Positions 22,526 through 31,437 of a stretch of 31,437 bases of DNA are shown piece after piece. The notes under the pieces are model-generated. The model searched no databases and was not told the DNA's origin. It saw only the letters and a program-made list of their open reading frames with translations. Source of the DNA: a virus; IMG/VR virus record IMGVR_UViG_3300045988_029552, positions 1 through 31,437 of that record; one strand, given 5' to 3'. A program made the translations under genes and the position numbers. The first letter of the stretch is position 1. The number at the start of each line of letters is the position of its first letter.

Positions 22526-23889
22526 TGTTTGAGCCAGTCACTAAGCCTCGAGACTATCAGCTGGCCGCGGTTAAGTGGCTGGCTAAAAAAGAGCACGGTA
22601 TGCTCCTTATGGACACACGTACGGGTAAGACTAAGACAACCATCGACTGGCTGTCGTGGCTTATGCACAACCGCGACGTTAGGTATATCGTTGTGGTCTG
22701 CCCTAAGATCGCTATCGATGTGTGGGTCAGGGAACTACAGCAGCATTACTGGGGACCTGAGGCTGACATAGTCTACGACGGGGCCTATGAGGCCACAGCA
22801 CTGCCTAAGATCGTGCTAATCAACTACGATAAGTTCTCTAGGGGTTACCCTAAAGGACTATTCAAGGGTGCCGAGTACCACGCCTCGGCTATCGTGCTGG
22901 ATGAATCCCACCTCATCAAGACACCTGCGAGTAAACGGTCTAGGCGTATTGTTGGTATGGCTAAATCGGCCCGGTACAGGGTATGTCTGACAGCCACCCC
23001 TGTGGGTAAGCGCAATATGGTGGGGGAGATTTATCCACAGCTGGTGTTCTCTGACCCGTCTATTAGGTCGGAATTCCCGTCAGCCAAATCATTCCGAGAG
23101 TACTTCGGGGAATGGTCGAATTTTGGGGGCTTCCCTAAGTATCTCGGTCCCCGTAATACCGAGGAATACCAAGCACTTATTAAAGCGCACTCCATAAGTA
23201 TTAGCCGTGAGGACGCCATCGGTACCAAGGCTATTGATGAAGAGGCAGTGCCTGTATTCCTTGGGGAGTCTCGTAAGGCCATCTATCAGGCTATGGTGAG
23301 GGATGAGCTAGACATCCTGGAGGCTCAAGGCGAGTCTGGGGCTGACTCAGTGCTGGCCCTGTTCGCTAAGTGCCGTAGGCTAGCTGAGGGGCTCTCTACA
23401 GGTGAGGGCAGGCTAGTGTACAGCGGCCATAAGCTTGTAGCCCTGGATGCCCTCAGGGAGGCCTACAGAGGGCGTATAGTGGTAGCTAGCGAGCTACTTG
23501 ACTCCCTCACCGCAATAGAGCGACATCTAGACCACACCTACAGGCTGGATGGTAATGTCGAGGACAAGACATCGGTCTTGGACGCCTGGAAAGTTTCTAA
23601 GGACGGCGTGCTGGTAGTCAACCCACAGGTTGCTGCTACTGCTGTGGACATGAGGGAGGCCGAAGTGCTGGTGTGGTACGGGCTACCTACCTCGGCGTTG
23701 ACCTATCGCCAGATGAGTGATAGAGTAGCTCTAGCGGATGACCCAAAGGTCATTGTGATGGTGACCCAGGACACCGTAGAGGACTCCCTGTGGGCCTCTC
23801 TTCAGGAGGCCACTGAGTTCCGCAAGGAAATTATGAATAACACTCGCAACTACCTACTAGGAGAGACTTATGCTAGTGAATCCGTCTGA
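22525..23889 (+). CDS. SNF2/DEAD-like superfamily-2 helicase
   Basis: 454 aa. Motif I MDTRTGKTKT, motif II VLDESHLIK, motif III-like LTATP, C-terminal helicase-like region. Confidence 0.8.
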   Translation: MFEPVTKPRDYQLAAVKWLAKKEHGMLLMDTRTGKTKTTIDWLSWLMHNRDVRYIVVVCPKIAIDVWVRELQQHYWGPEADIVYDGAYEATALPKIVLINYDKFSRGYPKGLFKGAEYHASAIVLDESHLIKTPASKRSRRIVGMAKSARYRVCLTATPVGKRNMVGEIYPQLVFSDPSIRSEFPSAKSFREYFGEWSNFGGFPKYLGPRNTEEYQALIKAHSISISREDAIGTKAIDEEAVPVFLGESRKAIYQAMVRDELDILEAQGESGADSVLALFAKCRRLAEGLSTGEGRLVYSGHKLVALDALREAYRGRIVVASELLDSLTAIERHLDHTYRLDGNVEDKTSVLDAWKVSKDGVLVVNPQVAATAVDMREAEVLVWYGLPTSALTYRQMSDRVALADDPKVIVMVTQDTVEDSLWASLQEATEFRKEIMNNTRNYLLGETYASESV

Positions 23890-24385
23890 CCGATTGGTCA
23901 TCGCAGCCACGCCTGGCGTGACTCCTGAGGTATTCGCCCGAGGGCTGGGGTACGCCCCTAGTGAGTTGGTTATGGACCCCCACAACAGTCATGGGGTTAT
24001 GACTCGTTCCTGGGTAGATGGAGATATCCACGACTACACGGGCATTAGTTCGGATATCCGGGAGGCAGCCAAGCCTAACGTACCTCGAGCTAAGGGGTTC
24101 AACCTTGCAGTGATTGCGTTCAATCTTGACGACCTGTTTTCTGACTGGGGTAAACAGCTGTGGGCCGGTGCAGACACAGGTTATTCTTGGGCCGAATTCC
24201 TTGTCCTGAGCATAGGGTACCGTTCGTGGGTGACTGAGTGCTCAAGGACCGCTAGTTGGAAACTGAATAAGTTCAGGACTGCCACTACTTTCACTATCGG
24301 TGAGGATAAGATAGAGTACAAGTCGACCACAGACGTGCGTACTGCGCATAAGCTTGCAAAAGAACTAACGAAATGCTATTTCTAG
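23870..24385 (+). CDS. hypothetical protein
   Basis: 171 aa. AGGAG upstream of the ATG. Same strand and tight packing. No motif recognised. Confidence 0.55.
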   Translation: MLVNPSDRLVIAATPGVTPEVFARGLGYAPSELVMDPHNSHGVMTRSWVDGDIHDYTGISSDIREAAKPNVPRAKGFNLAVIAFNLDDLFSDWGKQLWAGADTGYSWAEFLVLSIGYRSWVTECSRTASWKLNKFRTATTFTIGEDKIEYKSTTDVRTAHKLAKELTKCYF

Positions 24386-26097
24386 ACATCGAGACCACAG
24401 GGCTTAATCCCCGATCAAAGGGTGCCACAGTGCTTATGGTGGGTATTCTCGGGGATATGCCTGAGGATGAGCCCAGGGTTTTCCACATGGCCTCCAAGCA
24501 CCCTGAGACTTGGGTCGAGAGGCTGCGGAGGTTGTGTGGGAAACTACCCCCCGTGGTGGGACACAACATTAAATTCGATATAGTCTATGCTAAGCGTTTC
24601 GGCGCTCATATTGAGGCAGCCGGTGACACTATGCTGGGTGCCCATATGGTGGACGAGAACCGCCCCTTAGGTCTCAAATCGTTGATGGCTGACTATATGG
24701 GAGGTGACTGGTCTTATGGCGGTGTGTGGGATGACTCTGATCCAGAGGCTATGGCGGCCTACCTGAAGAAGGACCTCCTGGCCACACGTGAGCTATATAG
24801 GGTTAACAGTCGTAAACTCACCTCTAACCAGAAGAAGTTACTCAAGAAGGTTGTGGTCCCGGCTATCAATATGCTAGCTGAGTCTGAGGACTACGGCATC
24901 CCTATTAGCCGGTATAAGCTTGACATAGCCGAGAGTAAATACACTTCGGAGTTAGCTAAGATTGACGCCGAATTGCAGTCGGAAATACCTTCAGAAATAC
25001 CCGAAGGTATGCAGGTCAAATGGGGTACTACTAACTTTCAGCGGTGGTTCCTGTATGATTATCTGGGTATTCCCAAAAAGGAGGTCGGAAAGCCAACTAA
25101 AGCATTCCCTAATGGGGCTCCTAGCCTTTCCAAAAAGGCACTTGCATATATGGATCACCCTATAGCTAAAACACTACTGGAAAGGTCACGACTAAAGAAG
25201 AATATAGATGGGTTTATCACCCCATATAAGGAACAAATAGACGATAGGGGACGGTTATACACCTCGTTTAAGCTTCATGGCACGGTGACAGGTAGGCTGT
25301 CGTCGGGCAAGGTGTGTGACGGTGTTGGAGTTAACCTACAGCAGGTTCCGAAGGACCCCTACATAAGGGGCCTGGTAGCCGCTCCTGATGGATACAAGAT
25401 CATTGAGGCCGACTATAGCCAGCTGGAGCTACGTGTTGCAGCTGTGGTCTCGCGTGACAGAAACATGCTCCAGCTGTATCGAGACGGAGGTGACATTCAC
25501 TCACAGACCACAAGTGCTATCGGGCTGGACCCTGACAATAGCTTTGACCGTAGGAAAGCTAAGATTGTTAACTTTGGTTTCCTGTACGGGATGTCGGCCA
25601 AGTCATTCGTGCAGTTTGCTAAGGTTAGCTATGGCACGGACATCACACTCGACGAGGCTGAGTCCTTTAGGGAGTCCTTCTTTCAACACTGGTCAGGGCT
25701 GCGCCCATGGCACACCAGGGCTAAAGCTAAGGCACACCAGCTGGGGTATAGCTCAACTATGTTCGGCCGTAGGCGTCACCTGCCAGGCCTGTACAGCGAC
25801 GATGAGTACGAGGTAGCAGCGGCTGAGCGCCAGGCTGTCAATAGCCAGGTTCAGGGGACAGGTAGTGACATAATGCTTAGAGCTGCCACACGTGTGTGGT
25901 CTAGCCTAGAGGGAGACAGTCACATACTAGGTCTCATCCACGATGCCGTGCTCGTGCTGGTGCCTGATGATCTAGCCAAAGTCACAGCTAGCATGATTAA
26001 GGAGACAATGGAGCAGCCCCTGCCTCACTTTGACTGCCCTCTGGTAGCCGATGTTGAGGTAGGCACTTGCTGGGGACCTGAGATTGATGTAAGGTAG
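24373..26097 (+). CDS. family-A DNA polymerase with 3'-5' exonuclease domain
   Basis: Exo I LFLDIETTGL. Motif A DYSQLELRVAA. Motif B RRKAKIVNFGFLYGMS. Motif C LIHDAVLV. Confidence 0.92.
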   Translation: MLFLDIETTGLNPRSKGATVLMVGILGDMPEDEPRVFHMASKHPETWVERLRRLCGKLPPVVGHNIKFDIVYAKRFGAHIEAAGDTMLGAHMVDENRPLGLKSLMADYMGGDWSYGGVWDDSDPEAMAAYLKKDLLATRELYRVNSRKLTSNQKKLLKKVVVPAINMLAESEDYGIPISRYKLDIAESKYTSELAKIDAELQSEIPSEIPEGMQVKWGTTNFQRWFLYDYLGIPKKEVGKPTKAFPNGAPSLSKKALAYMDHPIAKTLLERSRLKKNIDGFITPYKEQIDDRGRLYTSFKLHGTVTGRLSSGKVCDGVGVNLQQVPKDPYIRGLVAAPDGYKIIEADYSQLELRVAAVVSRDRNMLQLYRDGGDIHSQTTSAIGLDPDNSFDRRKAKIVNFGFLYGMSAKSFVQFAKVSYGTDITLDEAESFRESFFQHWSGLRPWHTRAKAKAHQLGYSSTMFGRRRHLPGLYSDDEYEVAAAERQAVNSQVQGTGSDIMLRAATRVWSSLEGDSHILGLIHDAVLVLVPDDLAKVTASMIKETMEQPLPHFDCPLVADVEVGTCWGPEIDVR

Positions 26098-26102
26098 AAG
26101 CC

Positions 26103-27050
26103 ATGCAGATAACCACAAGCCTGATCAAGTCTTGGCTTAACTGCCCCCTGGAGGCCTACTATGACCTACAGGGGATCACATCTAAGCCACATCCAGGTAC
26201 GGCCCTAGACAGGGGTACCTACCTACACGCCTGGCTCGAGACAGGTACTCCACCAGAGCGCCCAGAGGACCTTATGGAGGAGGAGCACCAGATCTACGAT
26301 GACCTCGATCGTGTGTACCGTGCCTACGAGTACCGCTACCGCGATGAGCCCCTCAACGTGCTGGCGTGCGAGCTGGACTTGTCACGAGGTATCCCCGGGT
26401 GTAATCATACCTACAGGGGCAAGGTGGACAAGGTAGTTGAGCTTGGTGGACGTCTGTGGGTACTAGACCACAAGACACACCAGACACTACCTACCGCAGA
26501 GTACAGGCAGCTCGATATCCAGTCTCACGCATACCTGTGGCTGCTGGAGGGTAACAAGCGGAGGCTTGGCTGGGACCTCCCCCTCGGAGGTATGATCTGG
26601 GACTACATCCAGCCGCAGAAGGTGGTGTGGCCACAGCTGACCAAGACGGGCAAGCTTAAGCTCACTAAGGGCTGTTCAGGTAGCACGTGCTACCGATCTA
26701 TGGTAGACTGGATGCATGAGAACAGGACAAAGATCTCCAGTAGTGACTGCGAGATCCTGGTCAAGGAGGCTGAGTTGTTGAAGCGTCAACATTGCCCAGC
26801 TTTCACACGTGTGCTGGTGCCCTTCAATAAGCAGGTGCACGAGAGGCAGACCAAGAGTATACTGAGGTGGGCTAGGCAGGTTGGTGAGTATGACTGGTCT
26901 AAGCCCCCAGAGGACCGTAATCCTAACGTGTGTGGTAATTCGTACCTATGCCGTATGGGCAAGCTCGCAGCGGCTAGGGTAGAGTTCGGCACAGAAGAGC
27001 AGTTCCTTCAATTCTATGACAAGAGAGACCCTATGGAAAGGTACAAATGA
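26103..27050 (+). CDS. PD-(D/E)XK exonuclease, RecB/Cas4-like
   Basis: 315 aa. GKVDKV...LWVLDHKT is a D...(D/E)xK core. QSHAY is a Q-x3-Y motif. N-terminal Cys (WLNCP) and C-terminal C-x5-C (CGNSYLC). Confidence 0.7.
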   Translation: MQITTSLIKSWLNCPLEAYYDLQGITSKPHPGTALDRGTYLHAWLETGTPPERPEDLMEEEHQIYDDLDRVYRAYEYRYRDEPLNVLACELDLSRGIPGCNHTYRGKVDKVVELGGRLWVLDHKTHQTLPTAEYRQLDIQSHAYLWLLEGNKRRLGWDLPLGGMIWDYIQPQKVVWPQLTKTGKLKLTKGCSGSTCYRSMVDWMHENRTKISSSDCEILVKEAELLKRQHCPAFTRVLVPFNKQVHERQTKSILRWARQVGEYDWSKPPEDRNPNVCGNSYLCRMGKLAAARVEFGTEEQFLQFYDKRDPMERYK

Positions 27051-27709
27051 TCACACTAGTATACGGTCAGCCTAAGACAGGCAAGACGACGTTCGCAGCT
27101 ACGGTTCCTGGGGTCAAGATTATTGACCTCGAAGGTGGCACACGAGCAGTACAGGCCGAGATCACACAGGTGGACACGTGGGAAGCCCTGGCTAAAGAGG
27201 TTCAGTCCATCGTAGCCAAGCCTCCCACAGCTGTGGCCCTGGACAGTATTACGGTAGCCCATGAGCTTGCGTTGAACTTCGTCTCTGGGCGTAAGCGCGG
27301 CGACCTTCTAACGGTGTCTAAGCCCGTCAGTCTGCCCCAGTATGGTCAGGCCAACGAACTGATTAAGTCACTCATCCTTACTCTGAGGGGTCTTGACATC
27401 CCTGTGGTACTCACGGGGCAAGCTAAGGTCACCTACGTAGATGAAGCTGACCCTGAGGATGCTGATGTGGCCCAGACTAAGGAGGTCACGCTGGCTCTAC
27501 CCGGCCAGGCACGACAGTTTGCACTCATGTATGCCGATGTGATAGGCTATACAGAGTCAGTTAAGAGAGACTCCAGCACCGGGTACCGAATGTGGCTCAA
27601 GCCCACACAAGGTATCGTGGCAGGGTGCAGGGCAGACATAGCTGCCCGTAAGCCATGGCTGGGGTCTCCCACCTGGGAACGACTTGAAAGGTACCTCACA
27701 CATGATTGA
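27047..27709 (+). CDS. Sak4-like / AAA_24 RecA-fold ATPase (recombination)
   Basis: 220 aa. N-terminal Walker A LVYGQPKTGKTTFA at residues ~5-18, Walker B-like VALDSI. Typical partner of a DUF669-type SSB. Confidence 0.7.
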   Translation: MITLVYGQPKTGKTTFAATVPGVKIIDLEGGTRAVQAEITQVDTWEALAKEVQSIVAKPPTAVALDSITVAHELALNFVSGRKRGDLLTVSKPVSLPQYGQANELIKSLILTLRGLDIPVVLTGQAKVTYVDEADPEDADVAQTKEVTLALPGQARQFALMYADVIGYTESVKRDSSTGYRMWLKPTQGIVAGCRADIAARKPWLGSPTWERLERYLTHD

Positions 27710-27977
27710 TTTTTCAAAGGTCGCCAGTAACGCCCTCGTACGTCTCTGTGACCAGATGGATGCCCTGCCATGGCGCTTTGAGCACCATGACCTGGCCGTC
27801 ATCGACGTGCCCAACCCAATAACTGTGGCCTACCAAGTAGGCCAGTACGAGGTGCGCTACAACGATCATGTCAATCGTAATATGTTCACCATCACGGTTT
27901 GCTTCTTTACCACAACGTCCGCTACAATCGATTACATCCGACAGGTACTCAAAGAGAGGAACTCCAACAATGGCTAA
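27702..27977 (+). CDS. hypothetical protein
   Basis: ORF 27684..27977 trimmed to the ATG at 27702 (ATGATTGA overlap with the upstream stop). About 91 aa. Confidence 0.5.
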   Translation: MIDFSKVASNALVRLCDQMDALPWRFEHHDLAVIDVPNPITVAYQVGQYEVRYNDHVNRNMFTITVCFFTTTSATIDYIRQVLKERNSNNG

Positions 27978-28416
27978 GATCTCGATCGACTTCTCCGACG
28001 TCAAGGCGCCGTCCTTCAGCACCGTGCACCAGGAACCAGGTGTGTACAACGCTGAGATCGCTGGTGTGGAGATGACCAAGACCAAGTCAGATAACACCGA
28101 CATGCTGGTGTTTGCTATCGTGGCAGGTCCTGGACGCTACCCCTACTACTGCAAGATCGTCCCGAATCAGCTGTGGAAGCTCCGTGAACTGATCGAAGCT
28201 TCCGGTACTAAGGTTCCTAACAAGGTTGTCCAGATTGATCCTGCCAAGTACGTTGGGGCTAAGATCAACGTAGAGCTTGAGGACGACACCTACAATGGCA
28301 AGCTGCGCAGCCGTGTCGCACGTGTGGCCCAGTTCTCTGAGGTCGAGTCCAAGGTTAAGGAGGAAGTCCAGCAGGACGTTGAGGATGACTTCGGCGAGTT
28401 CGACGACATCCTCTGA
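27970..28416 (+). CDS. DUF669-like single-stranded DNA-binding protein
   Basis: ORF 27868..28416 trimmed to MAKISIDFSDV (ATGGCTAA overlap). EPGVYNAEIAGVEMTKTKSDNTDMLVFAI pattern. Acidic SSB-type tail DDFGEFDDIL. Confidence 0.65.
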   Translation: MAKISIDFSDVKAPSFSTVHQEPGVYNAEIAGVEMTKTKSDNTDMLVFAIVAGPGRYPYYCKIVPNQLWKLRELIEASGTKVPNKVVQIDPAKYVGAKINVELEDDTYNGKLRSRVARVAQFSEVESKVKEEVQQDVEDDFGEFDDIL

Positions 28417-28425
28417 CATAGTCTG

Positions 28426-28448
28426 GGGCAGGGACAGGAGCCCTGCCC
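28426..28448 (+). other. 8-bp GC stem-loop downstream of the SSB gene (GGGCAGGG acaggag CCCTGCCC)
   Basis: Read directly. No U-tract, so the role (attenuator or mRNA stabiliser) is uncertain. Confidence 0.3.
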
Positions 28449-28453
28449 TGGGC

Positions 28454-28759
28454 ATGCTAGAGAGTACGTTCTCACGCCAAGTGCAAAAGTATGTAGAGTC
28501 ACGTGGTTGGTGGGTGGTCAAATACCACGCCAGCCAGTACACTAAGAAGGGCATCCCAGATCTCATAGCTTGTTTCAGAGGCAGGTTCGTAGGTCTGGAG
28601 CTTAAAACAGGCTCATCTTTGAGCCAGTGGCAAATTCGAGTTGGGGCTGATATCATGTCAGCCGGAGGGTATTGGGCATGCGTAACCCCCGATACCTACA
28701 AGGAAGAGATAGCTAGGGTTGAAGATGAGGTTCTTCGAGACAATCTGGGAGGGTTGTGA
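28454..28759 (+). CDS. VRR-NUC-type PD-(D/E)XK nuclease
   Basis: ORF 28277..28759 trimmed to MLESTFSRQVQKYVESRGWWV. GIPDLIA...VGLELK is a D...ExK core in a ~100-aa protein. Confidence 0.7.
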   Translation: MLESTFSRQVQKYVESRGWWVVKYHASQYTKKGIPDLIACFRGRFVGLELKTGSSLSQWQIRVGADIMSAGGYWACVTPDTYKEEIARVEDEVLRDNLGGL

Positions 28760-30326
28760 TGGGTATTTTTTCATCTGTGGGATCACGTGGCCGGGTCAGG
28801 CTTTCAACCCGGGCAAAGCCTTTCGGGTTGTGGACCAACTTGACGAAGCGAAGCACTACGTGCGGGATCTCGTTAAAGCTGGGCAGGATGTATATTTCAC
28901 TCCCGGTCTTTTCTCTCGGCCGGAAAGGAAGGCGGAATACCTCAAAGCGGGCCCGCTAATCTGGTCTGACGTAGATGACGGCCACACGGAAGGTACTAAC
29001 CCACTCGCTGTGTGGTCTAGCAGCCCGGGCCACACTCAGGCTATCTGGCGACTGACTGAAACTGTACCTCAGCCTGACCAGGACAGCCTGTCTAGGGCCG
29101 TCAGCCACGTACTAGGCTGCGACCCTGGGGGCTGGGACGCTACTCAGCTACTCAGGGTACCTGGCACTCCCTCGCATAAGAGGGGCTGCGCGGTAGGCAG
29201 GCCCGTATACGGGCCCACACAGACCCCTGGTGAGCTGGCCTCAGCAGTGTACCGTACCCTGGACGGTAGCTCTTCGTCTATAGCTGGGCAGCTTCGTGCT
29301 AGTAAAGCCCTTGGTGACAGGTCGAGCCAGTTGTACGCGGCTATAGCTAGCATGCTGGAGTGCGGGGTGGAGCCGGAATTTATACCCGGCCTGATTCGCC
29401 ACACGCCTCTTAATAAATGGGGTTCAGTAGACAAGCTGAAGTCTGAGGTTCAGAGGGTAGCTAGTAAACTAGACCTTGCAGGGTCTAAAACTATTGAGGC
29501 TATCGAGATAGTTGAAGATTCACCTAAAGAGCCTCTGCTCCAGATCAGGCAACTATCTGAGCTAGTCAACATGCCCCCTCCGCGGTGGCGTATAGACGGC
29601 CTGGTAGAGGAGGGTGGCTGTGGCTTCATAGCTGCACCGCCTAAGCACTACAAGTCGTGGATAATGCTCGATATGGCTATCAGCCTGTCTCTGGGGCAGC
29701 CCGTGCTAGGGTATGCTAGATCACACCAGGCACCCTGCCTCATCATCGAAGCGGAGGACAGCCTATCGCGCGTGTGGTCTCGCGTACAGACTATCCTCCA
29801 GTGTCGCTTCCCACACCATGACCCTCGAGGCTACATCACCTACAAGTCAGGCGTGCTGGAGCTACATCCCCCTGACGGGGATATCCCCCTCTATATAGCA
29901 GGTAGGCCCACACAGGGGCTGTCACCTGAGCTAGCCGAGGAGATAGGCGAGACCATAGACTCGATGGGTATAGGCCTGGTGTGCTACGACACACTGTCTA
30001 TGCTCACCACAGAGAGCATCAATGACAGCCAGGCCATGTACGGGCAGATCTTGCAGCCCATCAAGGCTGTAGCTCAGGCCACAGGGTGCGCTCAGCTCAT
30101 AGTGCACCACACGCGCAAGGCCAGCAAGGACATGCCCTCCACTGGAGGCGCAGCTCTGGCTGGGTCAGTGGCCCTGCATGCGTGGTCAGACAATAGTCTG
30201 TACATATCTCGACAGGCAGAGTCGTTGAGTATTCAAGTAGAAACTAAGTCAGGGTCACAGGACCTAGTCGTCACCGGGCTAGACACTCCGGGAGAGTGGC
30301 AGCCTGAAGTTGTGCAATCACTTTAG
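28719..30326 (+). CDS. bifunctional primase-polymerase / RepA-DnaB-like (AAA_25) helicase
   Basis: 535 aa. The N-terminal region has DVYFTPGLF, WSDVDDG (DxD) and LLRVPGTPSHK. The C-terminal region has Walker A-like AAPPKHYKS, LIIEAED, VHHTRK. Confidence 0.75.
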   Translation: MKMRFFETIWEGCDGYFFICGITWPGQAFNPGKAFRVVDQLDEAKHYVRDLVKAGQDVYFTPGLFSRPERKAEYLKAGPLIWSDVDDGHTEGTNPLAVWSSSPGHTQAIWRLTETVPQPDQDSLSRAVSHVLGCDPGGWDATQLLRVPGTPSHKRGCAVGRPVYGPTQTPGELASAVYRTLDGSSSSIAGQLRASKALGDRSSQLYAAIASMLECGVEPEFIPGLIRHTPLNKWGSVDKLKSEVQRVASKLDLAGSKTIEAIEIVEDSPKEPLLQIRQLSELVNMPPPRWRIDGLVEEGGCGFIAAPPKHYKSWIMLDMAISLSLGQPVLGYARSHQAPCLIIEAEDSLSRVWSRVQTILQCRFPHHDPRGYITYKSGVLELHPPDGDIPLYIAGRPTQGLSPELAEEIGETIDSMGIGLVCYDTLSMLTTESINDSQAMYGQILQPIKAVAQATGCAQLIVHHTRKASKDMPSTGGAALAGSVALHAWSDNSLYISRQAESLSIQVETKSGSQDLVVTGLDTPGEWQPEVVQSL

Positions 30327-30345
30327 AGTGTGTTAAGGTATATCC

Positions 30346-30519
30346 ATGATCGAAACACAGGGAACAATCAAGGTAGAGACAGTCGAGAACTTCTACGGGG
30401 CTAGCATTGAAGCACTCCTTGAGTGTGGCTATCTCTACACCAGTGAGCTGGGAGACATCTACTGGGATGCCAGCCAGCACACTCCAGTCGAAGCAACCTT
30501 CCTCGTAGTGGAGCGGTGA
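30346..30519 (+). CDS. small hypothetical protein (57 aa, MIETQGTIKVETVENFYG...)
   Basis: Found by hand and below the ORF-track cutoff. It fills the gap between the primase and the next gene on the coding strand, with AAGG upstream. Preferred over the antisense ORF 30271..30480. Confidence 0.45.
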   Translation: MIETQGTIKVETVENFYGASIEALLECGYLYTSELGDIYWDASQHTPVEATFLVVER

Positions 30520-30522
30520 ACA

Positions 30523-30978
30523 ATGTATACTATTGATGAGCTTCGTAAAGTATCAGCCACACCAGGTCACCTGAAGGTCCTCGACAAGCTGACCGAGTGG
30601 GGCTATGATGAGCTGATAGATGACTTCATGTGGGAGTGGGACCTGTGGGTATGCCCCCGCTACTGGGCAGTGCAGTACTGCCAGAGGGCCACAGACAGGT
30701 ACCTGCCCTGTGGTGAGGAGATCTACGACCATATGGGCGAGGGCATCGACGACAGCCTGGCAGGAGACCTGCTCACCGACCCCGTGCCTGCACTCATGAA
30801 GCGAGCTGAGTGGGTGCTAGACACTCACTTCAAAACTGTGCTAGAGTCAGAAGCGTTCAGGGCAATACCCCTCGACCTAGACCTGAAAGAAACAATCACA
30901 AGACTGAGGGCTATACCAGGAGTTGAACGCTCACCGCTGGTATACCTGCTAGACGACATGGAGGCAACCCAATGCTAG
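30523..30978 (+). CDS. hypothetical acidic protein
   Basis: 151 aa, same strand, tightly packed, no motif recognised. Confidence 0.55.
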   Translation: MYTIDELRKVSATPGHLKVLDKLTEWGYDELIDDFMWEWDLWVCPRYWAVQYCQRATDRYLPCGEEIYDHMGEGIDDSLAGDLLTDPVPALMKRAEWVLDTHFKTVLESEAFRAIPLDLDLKETITRLRAIPGVERSPLVYLLDDMEATQC

Positions 30979-31238
30979 GATTCAAGCGAGACCCCGAGTA
31001 CGTAGCCGAGCACGGTATTGACCTTGCTGAGCTTCACGATCACGTCCTCAACGTGTACGGAGAGGACCTCAGCGAGGCCATCCTCGTCAACCTCAAGATT
31101 GACATTGACCACACTGCTGAAGGTAGGGTAACCTGGGACGGTGTGGACCTGCCTGATTACCTGGCCGCATACTGCTACTACTGTGAACTAGACAACCTCA
31201 TGGACGAAATCGACTCGATTGGAGACGCACTATGGTGA
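30972..31238 (+). CDS. hypothetical acidic protein
   Basis: 88 aa. ATGCTAG overlap with the upstream stop. Confidence 0.55.
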   Translation: MLGFKRDPEYVAEHGIDLAELHDHVLNVYGEDLSEAILVNLKIDIDHTAEGRVTWDGVDLPDYLAAYCYYCELDNLMDEIDSIGDALW

Positions 31239-31402
31239 TCGACCCGGAAGCAATGGCAGCACAGCTGCGCTACTACTACCCTCACACTAGTCAGGAGCAA
31301 CGACTGGCGTGTGGTCAAGAGATTGCTCAGGTATCAGGCCTGTACTGCTGGCCACCTGAGAAGATCATCAAGCGCATCATCAAGAAACATCTAGGAAGCT
31401 GA
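31232..31402 (+). CDS. small hypothetical protein (56 aa, MVIDPEAMAAQLRYYYPHTSQEQ...)
   Basis: Found by hand. ATGGTGA overlap with the upstream stop. Runs into the terminal repeat. Confidence 0.4.
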   Translation: MVIDPEAMAAQLRYYYPHTSQEQRLACGQEIAQVSGLYCWPPEKIIKRIIKKHLGS

Positions 31403-31437
31403 CATGGACATGTGTGTTGCTATGGTGCTGCTGGCCC
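31383..31437. repeat. terminal direct repeat, copy 2 (exact copy of 1..55)
   Basis: Same 55-mer as 1..55; ORFs read through the junction without disruption. Confidence 0.95.

Noticed and set aside
27714-28656. Minus-strand ORFs of 129 and 189 aa across the SSB/VRR-NUC region
   Set aside because: They are antisense to motif-bearing plus-strand genes in a uniformly plus-strand arm, with no start context.
30271-30480. 69-aa minus-strand ORF after the primase gene
   Set aside because: It overlaps the primase 3' end on the wrong strand. A 57-aa plus-strand ORF (30346..30519) fits the gene packing better.
1-31437. tRNA, tmRNA, integrase, attP and toxin-antitoxin genes
   Set aside because: I looked for cloverleaf-type sequences in the intergenic regions and for Tyr/Ser recombinase motifs in all ORFs, and found none I could support. 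tRNAscan and profile searches would be needed for a definitive negative.

Overview
The window is a complete, circularly closed tailed-phage genome of about 31.38 kb (siphovirus-type, HK97-like head module). Bases 1-55 recur exactly at 31383-31437, which is a contig-closure overlap. There are two convergent arms. The minus-strand late arm (17467 down to 168) encodes HNH endonuclease, TerS, TerL, a portal-MuF fusion, S78 prohead protease, major capsid, four head-tail joining proteins, major tail, G/G-T chaperones, tape measure, minor tail proteins, a LAS/M15 endolysin, a GH16-like glycanase and a holin. The plus-strand early/replication arm (18751 to 31402, wrapping to 102) encodes duplicated small-gene cassettes, a dCMP-deaminase fusion, a ThyA-fold enzyme, thioredoxin, SNF2 helicase, family-A DNA polymerase, a RecB/Cas4-like exonuclease, a Sak4-like ATPase, a DUF669-like SSB, a VRR-NUC nuclease and a primase-polymerase/helicase. 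The arms meet at a perfect 16-bp bidirectional terminator (121-156). They diverge across a roughly 1.3-kb control region (17468-18750) holding phased repeats, a very GC-rich ORF-free block with a strand-skew switch, two large hairpins and G-run motifs. I saw no integrase, repressor, tRNA or CRISPR array. Frequent GTG/TTG starts, three apparently leaderless genes and extended -10 promoters suggest an actinobacterial host (inference). The observations most worth follow-up are: (1) the ThyA-fold enzyme has Asp at the Asn177-equivalent specificity position, the known dUMP-to-dCMP switch, so the genome may carry modified cytosine; (2) the GC-rich origin/cos-like region; (3) a family of five near-identical promoters with phased GTTAAC dyads and a thrice-repeated structured 65-bp element; (4) a GH16-like enzyme inside the lysis cassette. 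All homology calls come from motif recognition by eye; no database search was run.
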